Shown here: positions 11,676 to 24,300 of the stretch, piece by piece
Layout: the number at the start of each line of letters is the position of its first letter
Numbering within the stretch: position 1 is the stretch's first letter
NCBI GenBank assembly: GCA_052055015.1
Contig: JBQJIT010000015.1
Direction: 5' to 3' (one strand)
Length of the DNA: 64,000 bases
DNA from: Malassezia furfur
Taxonomy: Eukaryota
The notes under the pieces: model-generated
Databases searched by the model: none
What the model saw: only the letters and a program-made list of their open reading frames with translations
Told to the model about the DNA's origin: nothing
Translations under genes and position numbers: made by a program

Positions 11676-12127
11676 ATGGACGCCGAGGTGTTCCACGGTA
11701 CGCGTTATGCTCATATAGCGCGTGTCTACGATCTCGTGCGAGATATTCCACCAGGAAAGGTCACAACATATGGTACGTGCTCTGCTCATCCAGGCCACAT
11801 CGCCAAGGTATGTGTAGTGCTCACGTAGCTCGCAGGATACCCCCGCCGTACGTCGGTTTTCTCACGCAGACGCGCGCATGGTTGGCGCCGCGCTTAAATA
11901 CCTTCAAGATACTACCGTGCCATGGCAGCGCGTGGTGGGCTCGGGCGGCGTGATATCCGAGCGTGGCGATGGCGGCGAGGGGGCCGCCTACCAAGCGGAC
12001 CTGCTGCGCTCCGAAGGGGTGGAGGTAGTGCCGGCGCAGAGCGACCGCGGCCGCTGGCGCGTGCACTCGTTTGCCGCATGTGCGTGGGGTACGTGGAGAT
12101 TTCTCACCAGACGGACCTACGGAGTAG
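11676..12127 (+). CDS. ATL1: Alkyltransferase-like protein (ATL, MGMT family); introns 11698-11718, 11773-11793, 11808-11828, 11848-11869, 12089-12110
   Basis: Spliced product MDAEVFHARVYDLVRDIPPGKVTTYGHIAKLAGYPRHARMVGAAL...VPWQRVV. Trp in place of the catalytic Cys marks an ATL. The last intron donor is slightly ambiguous (12080 alternative). Confidence 0.92.
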
Positions 12128-13823
12128 TTCGGGACTGCTTCTCAAGCGCAGCGGCGTATGCGTGCACCTTGGAGCGGTCAACCGTATGTACATAGTACTT
12201 TCCACTCCCCCCCGTCCAGCTGACACACCCAGGGGTGTAGGTACGCTCCTCGACGCGCAGGATCGCGGCAGGGGACGACAACGTACGTTCGGTTAAGCGG
12301 AAGTCGTGGGGGACAAACGAGCGCAAGGAAACCACCATGGCGCCGTCTTTCAAATCGAGGAAGAGCAGGGAGAGGGTATCGTTGGTTTCCGGGCGGAACG
12401 CGTAGTTATTAGCCACCACCAAGTCGGCATCCCGCAGCGCCGCCCGCACATGCTCCGACTCGGTGAAGTCGGCGCACCACGTCTCCATCGGACCGCCACG
12501 GAGGTGCCACAGGTGCCAGCGTGCGCGCGCCTCCTGCAACTGTGCAGCGGCGAGCTGCGCAGGCACAGGCATGTACTCGCAGCCGTAGGCACGACACCCC
12601 GTTTGCATCGCGGCCTGCACCACGAGGTTACCAATGCCGCTCCCGAGGTCGACCAACACCGACTCGGGGCCCAGCTGCGCAAGCCGGCAGATCTCACTGA
12701 GAAACGGAGGGAGCATTTCGCCATACACATTGTCCGAGAAGGCCTCGTACTGCTTGAGCTTTTCAACATGTGGTGCAGCTGCACGCGCGTACACTTGGTC
12801 CTGGATCGTGCGCCAGACCGTTTCCGGCACGCCTTCGCGCTCGCCGAGGGACTTGAGGTGCTGCTCCATTATCCCCTCGTCTTTCAATTTGCGTAGCGCC
12901 GCATTAAAGCGATGCACGGTGCGTACAAACAGCGGCCCATGTCGCCGGTTGCGCGCCTTGGTGAAGGAACGGAGGATAGGGTCGGCGTCCAGGTCTTCCG
13001 ACTGGCTCATTGCCATGGGCGACGCCCGGTCGACGCGGCTCGGTGTCGACGCACGCGAGGCAGAGGCATGGTCTATGCTCGGCATGCGTGAACGGGTGTT
13101 GCGCCAATCGGTCAACAGTGCACCAGCATTGCTCGACACGTCCAGCGCATCCAGCGCGCCAAACTCGGACTGATGCGAGGGTGGAACGTAGTGCGCCACG
13201 ATCGCACCAACCGTCCGCAGTAAGTCAGAGATGGGATCGTACTCGTCGGTGTCACGAGGGACGAGCAGAGGGAATCTGGGTCAGGCAAAGCGCACGTACT
13301 CTTCTGAGGCGCCTTGGGAGGGGTACTCAAGCGAGACCACCGTGGTGTCGTCAAGATTTTCGAAGAATGCGCCATACTTGCACGTCGATTCGCGCACAAG
13401 CGCACGGCTTGAGATCGGTGGGGCAACGGTGTATGCTGCATCCGGCACAATGGGCCGCGAAACAGCGTAGTGGAACGGAACGCCCGGCCGCTGGTCGAGC
13501 ACGGACCGCGGCGACGCGTCGCGGTCGGGCGTGCGCATGACTGCCTGGACACGCTTGTGCTCCTTCTTGATGCGCTTCTTGGGCTGCTGTGCTGCGGCGC
13601 CGGAGCGCGCGGCCGCAGCGGTCGTAGCACGCGCCTGGGCCTGTGCGGCTTCGGCGCGCGTCGACTCGATGCGCTGGCGCACTGCGTCGGGGAGCGCATT
13701 GTGTCGCACCGCAGTCGGCGCTTTTGTCCGCGTTGGGGGCGCCGCCTGCGAAACACGCGCCGTGGTCACCACCGCCCGGCCCTGTGCACGCTCCTTCGGC
13801 TTCGCCCCACCAAAGAAGTCCAT
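12117..13823 (-). CDS. DOT1: Histone H3K79 methyltransferase; intron 13276-13299
   Basis: YEAFSDNVYGE, VDLGSGIGN, VVANNYAF, VSWT. A 24-nt intron removes the in-frame TGA that separates the two ORFs. Confidence 0.95.
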
Positions 13824-13838
13824 CGAGGGAAGGTGGTA

Positions 13839-13846
13839 TCACGTGA
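13839..13846. promoter_or_regulatory. Palindromic E-box TCACGTGA in the 51-nt DOT1/CMK1 bidirectional promoter
   Basis: Perfect 8-bp palindrome between divergent ATGs. The same CACGTG core recurs in other promoters in the window. Confidence 0.55.
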
Positions 13847-13874
13847 CGAGGTGTGTCCGCGCCCATCCCCCACG

Positions 13875-14959
13875 ATGGCGACGAACGCAGGAGCGCAGCG
13901 CCCTGCAACCGTGCCGTGCGCGTACAAGACGGGCCGAACGCTCGGCCAGGGAACATATGCCGTACGTGGCATTCACTTACGCAGGTGGTCAAAGAGGCGG
14001 TGCACATCGAGACTGGCAAGTACTACGCGTGCAAGGTCATTAGCAAGAGCCTCATGCGCGGGCGCGAGCACATGGTGCGCAACGAGATCGCGTCGCTGAA
14101 ACGCGTCTCGGTGGACCACAAAGGGATTGTATCGTTGGTCGACTATTTCGAGACGATGAACAACCTATACCTTGTCACCGACCTCTGCCAAGGCGGCGAG
14201 TTGTTCGACCGCATCTGCGAGCGGGGCAGCTACTACGAGAAGGATGCAGCGCAGATTATCCGAACCGTGCTCGAGGCGGTTGAGTACCTGCATGCACAGG
14301 GCATTGTGCACCGCGACCTCAAGCCCGAGAACTTGCTGTTCCGCGACCGCAGCGAGCACTCCGACCTGCTGATTGCCGATTTCGGCCTGTCGCGCATGGT
14401 CGATGACGACAAGATGACGGTGCTCAGCACGACGTGCGGCACTCCGGGGTACATGGCCCCCGAAATCTTCCGCAAGACGGGGCACGGCAAGCCGGTGGAC
14501 ATGTGGGCCATTGGCGTTATTACCTACTTCCTGCTCTGCGGCTACACGCCGTTCGACCGCGACTCGAGCGCCGAGGAGATGCACGCCATCGTGAATGCGG
14601 ACTACAAGTTCGAGCCCGAGATTTACTGGCGCGACGTGTCCGACGAGGCGCGTGACTTTATCCGCCGCCTGCTGACCATTGATCAGAACGAGCGGATGAC
14701 GGCGACACAGGCACTGCAGCACCCGTGGATCCGGCACGCGGGCCGTACCGAAGACGCGGATCAGAAGGACCTGCTGCCGGACATCAAGAGTGCGTTCAAC
14801 GCCAAGCGGACCTTCCGCAAGGCGGTGCATGGCATCCGCCTCGTGAACCGTCTTCGCTCCGAGACCCAGGAGCACCAGCTGGCACGCGCGCACATGGAGC
14901 AAATGCAGCAGCAGGCCCAGGACGAGTCGAACCAGCTCGAACAGGTCTGGGTTCCATAG
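13875..14959 (+). CDS. CMK1: Ca2+/calmodulin-dependent protein kinase I; intron 13962-13984
   Basis: Spliced Gly loop LGQGTYA|VVKE, HRDLKPEN, DFG, CGTPGYMAPE, and a C-terminal CaM-binding helix (KRTFRKAVHGIRLVNRL). Confidence 0.93.
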
Positions 14960-15010
14960 CCTCCACCCGGCGCGACGCCCGCGCACGTGCACCCACGCGC
15001 TTCCACCAGC

Positions 15011-18000
15011 ATGCGCGCTGTGTGGTCTCGGTGGATGCCGTCGCGCAGCCTCGAGTTCTTCGCGACGACCCTTGTATTCCATTTAATCTTTACGTGGTCC
15101 ATCTTTGACATCTACTTTCGCTCGCCCGTCGTGCATCCGGCGCCGCGCTTCGCAGTCGACGCGGAGCAGGCAGGGCCGGCGCCGGCGCAGCGTGCCGTGC
15201 TCTTTGTCGCTGACGGACTACGCGCCGACACGTTGTTCAAGGCGCACGAGCCGGCGCGTTTCCCGGCGTGGGCACAGGCCGACCTTGTTGCGCAGAACGC
15301 GAGCGGTGAGTACTTCCAGGGCACCTTCCTCAGCGCCTTTACGCGGAATGCTTCGACGGAGCAAAAGGCGCACGTCGACGACGCGTTTGCCGCACCGTAC
15401 CTGCACAGCATTGCGGCGTCGTCCGGCACGTACGGTGTGAGCCATACACGCGTCCCTACCGAGTCGCGCCCGGGGCACGTCGCGCTGCTGGCGGGGATGT
15501 ACGAAGACATCAGCGCCGTGACGCGGGGTTGGAAGGTCAACCCCATCGCGTTCGACTCGGTGCTGAACCAGTCGGCGCATACGTACGCATTTGGGTCGCC
15601 CGACATTGTGCCCATGTTTGCGCTCGGCACGCCCTCGGGGCGCGTCGACGCCGCCGTGTACGATGAGGACGCCGAGGACTTCACGAAGGATGCCGTTGAG
15701 CTCGACGTGTGGGTCCTGGACGAGCTGCGCGCGCTCTTTGACCGCGCGCGCACAGATCCTGCGCTCGATGCACAGCTGCGTGCGCCGCACACCTTCTTTT
15801 TCCTGCACCTGCTCGGCCTCGACACCACCGGGCACACGTACGGACCCCATTCACCCGAATACCTCGGCAATACAATCGTCGTCGACGCCATTGTCCGCGA
15901 GGTCGAGCACCTGTTCCGCACGTACTTTGCGGACGAACGCACCGCATACATTCTCACCGCCGACCACGGTATGTCGAAACGCGGTAACCACGGCGACGGC
16001 GACCCAGACAATACGCGTACGCCGATCGTCGCCTGGGGCGCCGGTGTGCCGCGGCCCAAGCGCGCGACCTCGTACGACTTCCCGGACGAAAACTACTACG
16101 AGGACTGGGACCTAGACGCCATCACGCGGCATGACATCGACCAAGCCGACATCGCGCCGCTGCTTGCGACGTGGTTGGGTGTGCCGATGCCGGCCAACTC
16201 GGAGGGGCAACTGCCGCTCGCGTACGTGGACGTCGACCCGGCCTATGCCGCACATGCCGCCCGTGCAAATGCCGAGCAGGTGCTGGAGGTGTACCGCGTC
16301 AAGCACGACCAGCTTGCGGCGCGCATGCGCTCATTTGTGCCGTATGCGCCGCTTGCCGATGCACCGCCGGGCGCCAGCTTTGTCGTGAGCATTACGCAGC
16401 GCATCGACGATGGTGAGTATGACGAGGCGCTCGAAGAGTGTGCTGAGCTGATCCGCCTCGCGCTCCATGGTGCTATGTATCTGCACAAGTACGACGCACG
16501 CACGCTCATGGCCATCGTCGTGCTGGGGTACTTGGGTGTTCTGCTGTACGGCACCACCTTCCTGTTGCACTATGCATTCGACGAACATGTCGCGGCATAT
16601 CAGCTGCGGTGGGCACCCGTGTCCATCGTGGTGGGCGCCTCGGCATACATTGTGCATCTGTTTCTGCGCAACGGCTCGCCCCTCATCTACTTTGTATACG
16701 CCGGTGCATGCAGTGCCGTGTGGATGTTGGTCGCACTGCGTGCGCATGTGTTTGGCGTCGCACTGGCACGCGCGTCGGCGCAGCGCCTGCGCGCGGGCGT
16801 CTCGGAGCGCACCGCACGTACGCAGACGCTCGTGCGCGTAGGGGTATACGCAGCAGTGCTGCTGGCACTCCTCGAAGTCGCCGCATACGGCTATCTGCAC
16901 CGCGCCGCGTGGGCCATCCTGCTGTTGGGCAGTATGCTGTGGCCGTTTACGATGTCGCGCGACTTCCAGACTGCGCATGAGCTTGCGCTGCTTGTGTGGA
17001 TTGTGTGTGCTGTATCCAGCGTCTACTTTATGGTCAAGTCCACCGAGAAGGAGGAGAGCATCACGCAGCTTGTCTTGAGCGGTCTGCTCTTCTTCGTCGT
17101 CGGTGCGGCGCTGTGGACGTGGCCTGCGACCTTTTTCCAAAATGCCGACTATTTGGGCCGCGACAAGAAGGTGTATGCGCGCGCCAAGGCACAGTCCGAG
17201 GAGCAGATGCGCGCGTTGGAGCGCGAGCCCAATGAAGACACCGAGGACCCGGTGGATTTCCTGCCGCGCACACGCCAGGCGCTCGGAGGCCAGCTCCTGC
17301 TCCTGCTCGTCTCGTGCGCCACGACCTCGTCGTCAGCGCACAGCCTGCGGCGCAAGCAAGGTCTGCCGTTCGTGAACCAGGTGCTGGGCTGGCTCGTTTT
17401 GGCACTGTCGCTTAGCGTGCCGTTTGCCGTGGGCTTCCAGCGGCCCAAGGCGCACGGGGGGCAGACGTACGCGCAGCCCAAGCGCCAGCGCCTCATCTTG
17501 CTCGTGTATGCGGTTGCGCCCGTGTTTGTGCTGCTGTCGCTGCGCGACGAGGTCTTTTTCCTGTTTGTCTACACCGTGCTCGTGTTGACCTGGGCGCACT
17601 TTGAAGCCGAGCTGGCACGGCACCGTGCCATTATCGCGGGCACGCCGCGCCCGCCGCCGCGTGGCATGATCTTGGACGACGTGCGTGTGGGTGTGTTCTA
17701 CTTTCTGCTGCTTCACATTGGGTTCTTTGGCACGGGCAACATTGCCTCCATCTCGTCGTTCTACCTGTCCCCCGTGTACCGACTGCTGCCCGTCTTTAGC
17801 CCGTTTTGGATGGCAGCGCTGCTGGTGCTCAAGCTCATTGTGCCGTTCGTCTTTCTATCGGGAGTGCTCGCGACGCTATGCATTGAGCCTACCGAGGGCC
17901 GCGCCTATCCGCCCGAGACCGACCGCGTGTCGATTCTGGCGAGTGGGCTGGGCGTGCGCGATGTCTACATTCCGCTGACGGCCGCTGCGCTCGCTGGTGA

Positions 18001-18172
18001 CGTGCTGGCGCTCAACTTTTTCTTTGCGATCCGCGACACGGGCTCCTGGCTCGAGATCGGGCAGAGCATCACGCACTTTGTGATGGCCAACCTCATGCAG
18101 ATGTACATGCTGGTGATCGCAGCGCTGGCCGCGCACCTGATCGGGGCGCGCACGGCCACCGGATCGTCCTAG
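15011..18172 (+). CDS. MCD4: GPI ethanolamine phosphate transferase 1 (PIG-N)
   Basis: SIFDIYF.SP, ADGLRAD, SHTRVPTESRPGHVA, TADHGMS, GSWLEIGQSITHF. Confidence 0.97.
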   Translation: MRAVWSRWMPSRSLEFFATTLVFHLIFTWSIFDIYFRSPVVHPAPRFAVDAEQAGPAPAQRAVLFVADGLRADTLFKAHEPARFPAWAQADLVAQNASGEYFQGTFLSAFTRNASTEQKAHVDDAFAAPYLHSIAASSGTYGVSHTRVPTESRPGHVALLAGMYEDISAVTRGWKVNPIAFDSVLNQSAHTYAFGSPDIVPMFALGTPSGRVDAAVYDEDAEDFTKDAVELDVWVLDELRALFDRARTDPALDAQLRAPHTFFFLHLLGLDTTGHTYGPHSPEYLGNTIVVDAIVREVEHLFRTYFADERTAYILTADHGMSKRGNHGDGDPDNTRTPIVAWGAGVPRPKRATSYDFPDENYYEDWDLDAITRHDIDQADIAPLLATWLGVPMPANSEGQLPLAYVDVDPAYAAHAARANAEQVLEVYRVKHDQLAARMRSFVPYAPLADAPPGASFVVSITQRIDDGEYDEALEECAELIRLALHGAMYLHKYDARTLMAIVVLGYLGVLLYGTTFLLHYAFDEHVAAYQLRWAPVSIVVGASAYIVHLFLRNGSPLIYFVYAGACSAVWMLVALRAHVFGVALARASAQRLRAGVSERTARTQTLVRVGVYAAVLLALLEVAAYGYLHRAAWAILLLGSMLWPFTMSRDFQTAHELALLVWIVCAVSSVYFMVKSTEKEESITQLVLSGLLFFVVGAALWTWPATFFQNADYLGRDKKVYARAKAQSEEQMRALEREPNEDTEDPVDFLPRTRQALGGQLLLLLVSCATTSSSAHSLRRKQGLPFVNQVLGWLVLALSLSVPFAVGFQRPKAHGGQTYAQPKRQRLILLVYAVAPVFVLLSLRDEVFFLFVYTVLVLTWAHFEAELARHRAIIAGTPRPPPRGMILDDVRVGVFYFLLLHIGFFGTGNIASISSFYLSPVYRLLPVFSPFWMAALLVLKLIVPFVFLSGVLATLCIEPTEGRAYPPETDRVSILASGLGVRDVYIPLTAAALAGDVLALNFFFAIRDTGSWLEIGQSITHFVMANLMQMYMLVIAALAAHLIGARTATGSS

Positions 18173-18342
18173 ACGCTCATTGGACATAGGATTTCGGCCG
18201 AAACGCGGGGGCGCCGGGCGTCGTCGTTCTTCGTCGTCTTTCATTGCGCTGCAGCGCTCGGAACGCCGCGCGAGACTCGCGAGACACCGTGCGGGGCATA
18301 TCACCGATCGCGCAGACGCTCCGTTCGCAGGCACGAGTAGGC

Positions 18343-21300
18343 CTGACGCAACGGGACTCGAGTACGCCGGAGAGGAGCCGCGAAGCGCGTGCGGCAGCAA
18401 GCGACGTTTCGGTACCCGGCATTGCCGAGCGGCAGATCGCCTACCTGGTCTGGCGACTCGCGCCGGACAACTACCAAGACACTCTTCGTGAGTTTACCTT
18501 GCTCGTCGAAGAGTTTGGCCCGCGTGCGCGCACCACACTCCGAACGGAACTGCAGCGTGCTGCCAACGACCAGCCTTTGGCCCAACAAGCCTTGCAGCAG
18601 TGCGCCTCCCTCGTGACGCGCACCATGTTTACCCCCCTGCCCGACGTGGGCGCGTCGTCGCTGCCGCCCGATGCGCCGAGCGCGGCCGTATTGGATGCGG
18701 CCGTAGACCAGCTCGCGCGCAGCCGACAGGCAAAGGCGCCGGCCGCACTCGGTGCCTTTCTTTCCCAATTTCTCGCGGATCCGTCGCATGACGGCCCTGC
18801 GCTTGCGCCGCTCGAGCGGCAGCAGATCTTTTCCGCGGCCAAGGAGCGCGTGGGCGCCGACGTGCTGTCCCAGGCGCTGCTCACGGCCGTGCCCAAAGTG
18901 CCCGCCAAGCGCACTCTGGCGAGTGTGCTGCTCGACCTGGGCCCCGACGGCCTTGTGTCGGTCGAGCTCGCCCGCGCACTACTTGCGCACCTCAAGTGGA
19001 CGTCCGCGTCGGTGCACGACGTGGCGCAGCTGCTCGGTGCGCTCTTTTCCGCACCGGTGGCGGCACAGCGCCCCGTGACCAACTTTGACGCACTTACGCG
19101 CGCGCTGTCGGCGCTCGACAAGCAGCTGGCGTGGGCGCAGGTGATCCGCACGCTCGATGCGCTCGAGTACGCGACGTTTGCGCCGAGCGTCGGCCTCGGC
19201 ATGGGCCTCGCGGCGGTGCTGCTGGCCGCGCCGTCGGCCGACGCGCCGGCGGACGCGAGCGACGCTGCAGTCGCCGGCCTCTGGGGCGTGTGGACGCACC
19301 CGCTGCGCCAGCTCCAGCTGCTGTACAGTCTGCTGGTGCTCGGCGAAGATACCTTTACCTTTACGGCGGTGCACACGCGGCGTGTGCTGACGCTCGACGC
19401 GCTGGCCCAGGCGCCGGCGGTGGTGCAGTCGCAGGCGCAGCATGCCGTCGACTCTACGTGGAACTCTCTGGACCTGATCGAGACGCTGATGGAGCTGGCC
19501 GGGAGCGCCTCGGGCGCCGAGGACGGTGCCGAGGTCGGCAAGGCGGTCACGGCGATCCTCGAGCGTGCGATCAAGACACATGCCGAGCTCGTGCTGCTCG
19601 GTCTGGTGCAGCTGCCGCAGTCGACGAACGCGGTGCACCCCGAGCTGGTGAGCAAGCTGCTCGTCATGTTCCTCGCGGGCCACGCGCAGCAGCAGCTTGT
19701 GTTCTGGCAGCTGTGGCACACGTCGCCGACGCTGCTGCTCGACCTGCTGCTCCGCGTCTACCGCGAGTCGCCGCTGCACCTTGCGCGCATTGTCGAGGTC
19801 GCGCACGAGCTGCAGTTTGTGGACCGCCTGCTCGAGCTGCGCCCGCTGGCATTTGCGCTGGACGTGGCGGCGTACGCGGCGCGGCGTGACTACCTCGCGC
19901 TCGAGCCGTACCTTCAGCGCCTCGTCGGTGAGGGCAGTGAGCCGCACGTGATCCACGCGACGCTTGACTTCCTCGAGGGCAAGGTGAAGGCGGACCTGCT
20001 GCGGCGCGACCCGCAGGTGGAGCCGACGTTTGTGCCGCTGAGCGTGCAGGCGATCGCGACAATCCTGCGTGTGCTGCGTGCGAACGGCGACAGCATGACG
20101 GCGGAGGAGATTGAGCACTTCAAGGTGGTGCGCAACCTGTGCCTGCAGCTGCACCCGCGGCTCATGTCGCTCACGCCCGGCGCTGAGGGCGTCGAGCCGG
20201 GCCTGTCGGTGGCCTCCTTCCCGAAGGAGATCCATCGCGAGGCAGACACATGGTACCGCCAGATGTACGAGGAGAAGACGAGCGTGGACGAGATCATTGC
20301 GCTGCTGCAGCGGTGCAAGCTGTCCGACGACGAGCACGACCACCAGCTGTTTGCGTGCATGGTGCACACGCTCTTTGACGAGCACCGCTGGTTCGAGCTG
20401 TACTATCCCCCGCGCGAGCTGCTGATGACCGCCGTGGTGTTTGGCTCGCTGATCCAGTACTCGCTGATCGACTCAATCCCGCTCGGCATCGCGATCCGCT
20501 ACGTGCTGGATGCGCTGCGCTCGCCGCCGGACTCGACCATGTTCCACTTTGGTGTCCAGGCGCTGCTGCGCTTCCAGGCGCGCCTCGCCGAGTGGCCGCA
20601 GCTGTGCCAGGCGCTGCTGGCGCTGCCGCAGCTGCAGCAGACGCACTCCGAGCTCGTCAACGTCGTGACGCACGCGCTGGCCAACGCCAAGAGCGGCAAG
20701 GTGCCGCCGCCGCCGACGCTCGCCGACGCGCGCAGCTTCGCGGCGATTGCGCCCGACGCGCTGCCCGCCGGGGATGCGCAGCACAAGCCGAGCGAGGAGC
20801 TCTCGGACAAGATCCTCTTCACGCTCAACAACCTCACGACGGCCAACTTTGCGAGCAAGATGCCCGCGCTGCGCGAGATGGTGCAGCCCGGCGTCCTGCA
20901 CTGGTTCGCCAAGTACCTCGTGCTCGAGCGCGCGAGCATCGAGCCGAACAACCACGAGCTGTACATGCACGTGCTGGACAGCCTCGAGCAGCGCGCCGTG
21001 TACCGCTACGTGCTGTACGAGACGTTTGTCAAGCTCAAGAGCCTGCTCGAGTCGGAGAAGACGATGCAGTCGACGTCGGAGCGCACCGTGCTCAAGAACC
21101 TCGCGTCGTGGCTCGGCAGCGCGACGCTCGCCAAGAACAAGCCGATCCGCTTCCGCAACCTGGCGTTCAAGGAGCTGCTCCTGCAGGGCCACGAGAGCGG
21201 GCGTCTGATCGTGGTGATCCCATTCGTGTGCAAGGTGCTGGAGCACTGTGCGTCCTCGGACGTGTTCCAGCCGCCGAACCCGTGGCTGATGGCCGTGTGC

Positions 21301-24300
21301 CGCCTGTTGGTGGAGCTGTACCAGTTTGCGGACCTGAAGCTGAACCTGAAGTTTGAGATCGAGGTGCTCTTCAAGTCGCTGCAGGTGGACCTGCAGGCGC
21401 TCGAGCCGAGCGTCCTGCTGCTCGGCCGCCGCCCCGTCGAGGCCCCGCCCGAGACGCTCGCGGCGTACCCCGGCGCGGCGGCGCTGGCTCAGGGCATGGA
21501 GAAGCTCGCGGTGAGCGATGCGTATGCGCCGGTCGACAAGCTCGGCGCGCTCCTGCAGAACATGGCGCAGTACATCGTGGTGAGCCCGCAGGTGGTGCCG
21601 TACGCGAACCAGGCGCCGTGGAAGCGCGTGCTGTTTGTCGCGATCGAGCGCGCGATCCAGGAGATCATCACGCCGGTGGTCGAGCGCTCGGTGACGATCG
21701 CGTCGATCTCGACGCGCGAGCTGGTCAGCAAGGACTTTGCCATGGAGCCCGACGAGCGCAAGATGGCCGCCGCCGCGCACCACATGGCGCAGAGCATGGC
21801 GGGCAGCCTCGCGCTCGTCACGTGCAAGGAGCCGCTGCGCGTGAGTGTGCTGGCGCACGCGCGCACGCTCTTTGCCGCGGGCGGCGTCACGGAGCAGCAG
21901 CTGCCCGAGCAGGCGCTGCTGCTGCTGGTGCAGGACAACCTCGACCTCGCGTGCATGGTGATCGAGAAGACAGCGATGGAAAAGGCGCTCGCCAAGGTCG
22001 ACGAGGGCCTCGCGGTCGCGTACACCGCGCGCCGCGAGTTCCGCGCGCACGGCCGCGGCACGCTGTTCTGGGACAGCGCCGCGCTGTCGCACTACAGCAC
22101 CAAGCTGCCCGACCCGCTGCGCATTGCGCCGCCCGGCCTGCAGCCCGCGCAGCTGCGCGTGTACGAGAGCCTCGCGATGCCGATGGAGCCGCGCGTGGAT
22201 GAGGTGCGCGCCGCCGAGGCGTACGACGAGATGGCCGTCGCGACGCTCGCGCCCGCGCAGGCGCTCGAGCGCTTCGGCCTGATCGCCGCCAAGCTCGAGC
22301 CGTTCTTTGCCGAGGTCGGCGACACGCAGACGCTCGCGACGCTGCCCACGACGCACTTTGTGCGCCAGGTCTCCCCGTCGCTCACCGAGCTCGTGAGCGT
22401 CGCGGCGCCGCGCGACGACGCCATCCTGCTGCTCGCGCAAAAGGTCGTGCAGCTGTTGTACAAGGCGCCGTCCGACCTCGCACGTGACGTGTGGGTGGCG
22501 CTCCTCGAGCAGCTGTGCGAGCAGTCGCCCAAGGTCGCCAAGGAGGTCACCGCCTGGCTCGTGTTTGCCGAGGACGAGCGCAAGTTCAACGTGCCCGTCA
22601 CCCTCGCGCTCGTGCGCGCGAACCTCGTGGCGATCGCGGACGAGGACCAGCAGCTCGCCAAGCTGCTCGTCCGCACGCACTTCCGCCCGAGCGTCGTCGA
22701 GTTCAGCGCCGCGTTTGCGCGCGCGTGCCTCCGCGAGAAGCTCGCGGGGCGCGCGCAGCTGCAGGGCGTGCTCGGCGCACTCGCGCAGGCCGCGCAGTTT
22801 GGCCGCGCGTCGCCGAGCGTCGCCGCGGTGCTCGAGGAGGCCAGCGAGGGCGCCGGCGAACTGCCGCTGCGCGAGCAGCTTGCCTACTCGTTCGCCAACT
22901 GGGTGCGCGTGTACCAGCAGTCGTCCGCGCCGGAGAAGACGTTCATCGAGTACGTGCGCCAGCTGCAGAGCCAAAACGTGCTCAAGGGCGAGGAGATCAG
23001 CTCGCTCTTCTTCCGCGTGTGCACCGAGGTGAGTGTCGACCACTTCCTCAAGCAGCAGGCAGTCGGCGGCACGCTCGCGAGCGGCCTCTACTCGCCCGTG
23101 GACACGTTCGCCAAGATGATCGTGTACATGGTCAAGTACCACGCCGACCCGCATGGCGTCAACGACGAGGCGGCCAAGGTGCACTACCTCACCAAGATCC
23201 TTTCGATCGTCACGCTGGTCCTTGCGCAGGCGCACGAGGCGCACGGCGCGCGCTTCCAGCAGCGCCCCTTCTTCCGCCTGTTCTCGAGCGTGCTGCACGA
23301 CCTGCACGCCGCCGAGAACCAGCTGCACGGCGCCTACTTTGCCGCGCTGCTCGCGATCGCCAACTCGCTGCACACGCTGCAGCCCTTCTTCTTCCCCGGG
23401 TTCGCGTTTGCGTGGGTGTCGCTCGTGTCGCACCGCCTCTTCCTGCCGCAGCTGCTCGGCGCCAAGCAGCCCGAGGGACACGCGGCGTTCCACCGCCTGT
23501 TCCTCGCGCAGCTGCGCTTCCTCGCGCCGTTTTTGCGCCAGAGCCAGATGCACGACACGACGCGCCTGCTGTACAAGGCGACGCTGCGCATGCTCCTCCT
23601 GCTCCTGCACGACTTCCCCGAGTACCTCGCCGAGCACCACCAGAGCCTGTGCGATGCGGTGCCGCCGACGTGCATCCAGATGCGCAATCTCGTGCTGTGT
23701 GCCTTCCCGCGCACGATGCGCCTGCCCGATCCGTTCGCGGGCTCGCTGCGCGTCACGCAGCTGCCCGAGGCCGCGCACGACCCCGTGGTGGTGTACGACT
23801 TCCACGCGGTGCTCGCGGCGGTGCCCAAGCTGCAGGACGCCCTCGAGGCGTTTGCGCAGCGCCACGCGCCGCCCACATTCCTCACCACGCTCAAGGAGGC
23901 GCTCACGCTGCCCACGCCGCACGGTGCCGAGCCGCGCTACCGCGAGCCGGTGATCCACGCCGCGGCGCTGTACGTCGCCACCCAGGTCCTCGAGGGGCCC
24001 GTGCACCTGCTCGCCGGCGACGCACAGCACGATCCAGTGGTCGAGATGTACACCTACCTGCTGCACGAGCTCGAGCCCGAGGGGCGCTACCTGCTGCTCA
24101 GCGCGGCCGCCAACCAGCTGCGCTTCCCGTCGCGCCACACGGCCTACTTCAGCGCGCTCCTCCTCCTGCTGTACACCGAGGTGAGCGACGAGCTGGTGCG
24201 CGAGCAGGTGCTCCGCGTGCTCCTCGAGCGCGTGATTGTCAACCGCCCGCACCCTTGGGGGCTGCTGTACACGTTTGCGCGCCTGCTCCGCGCGCGCTCC

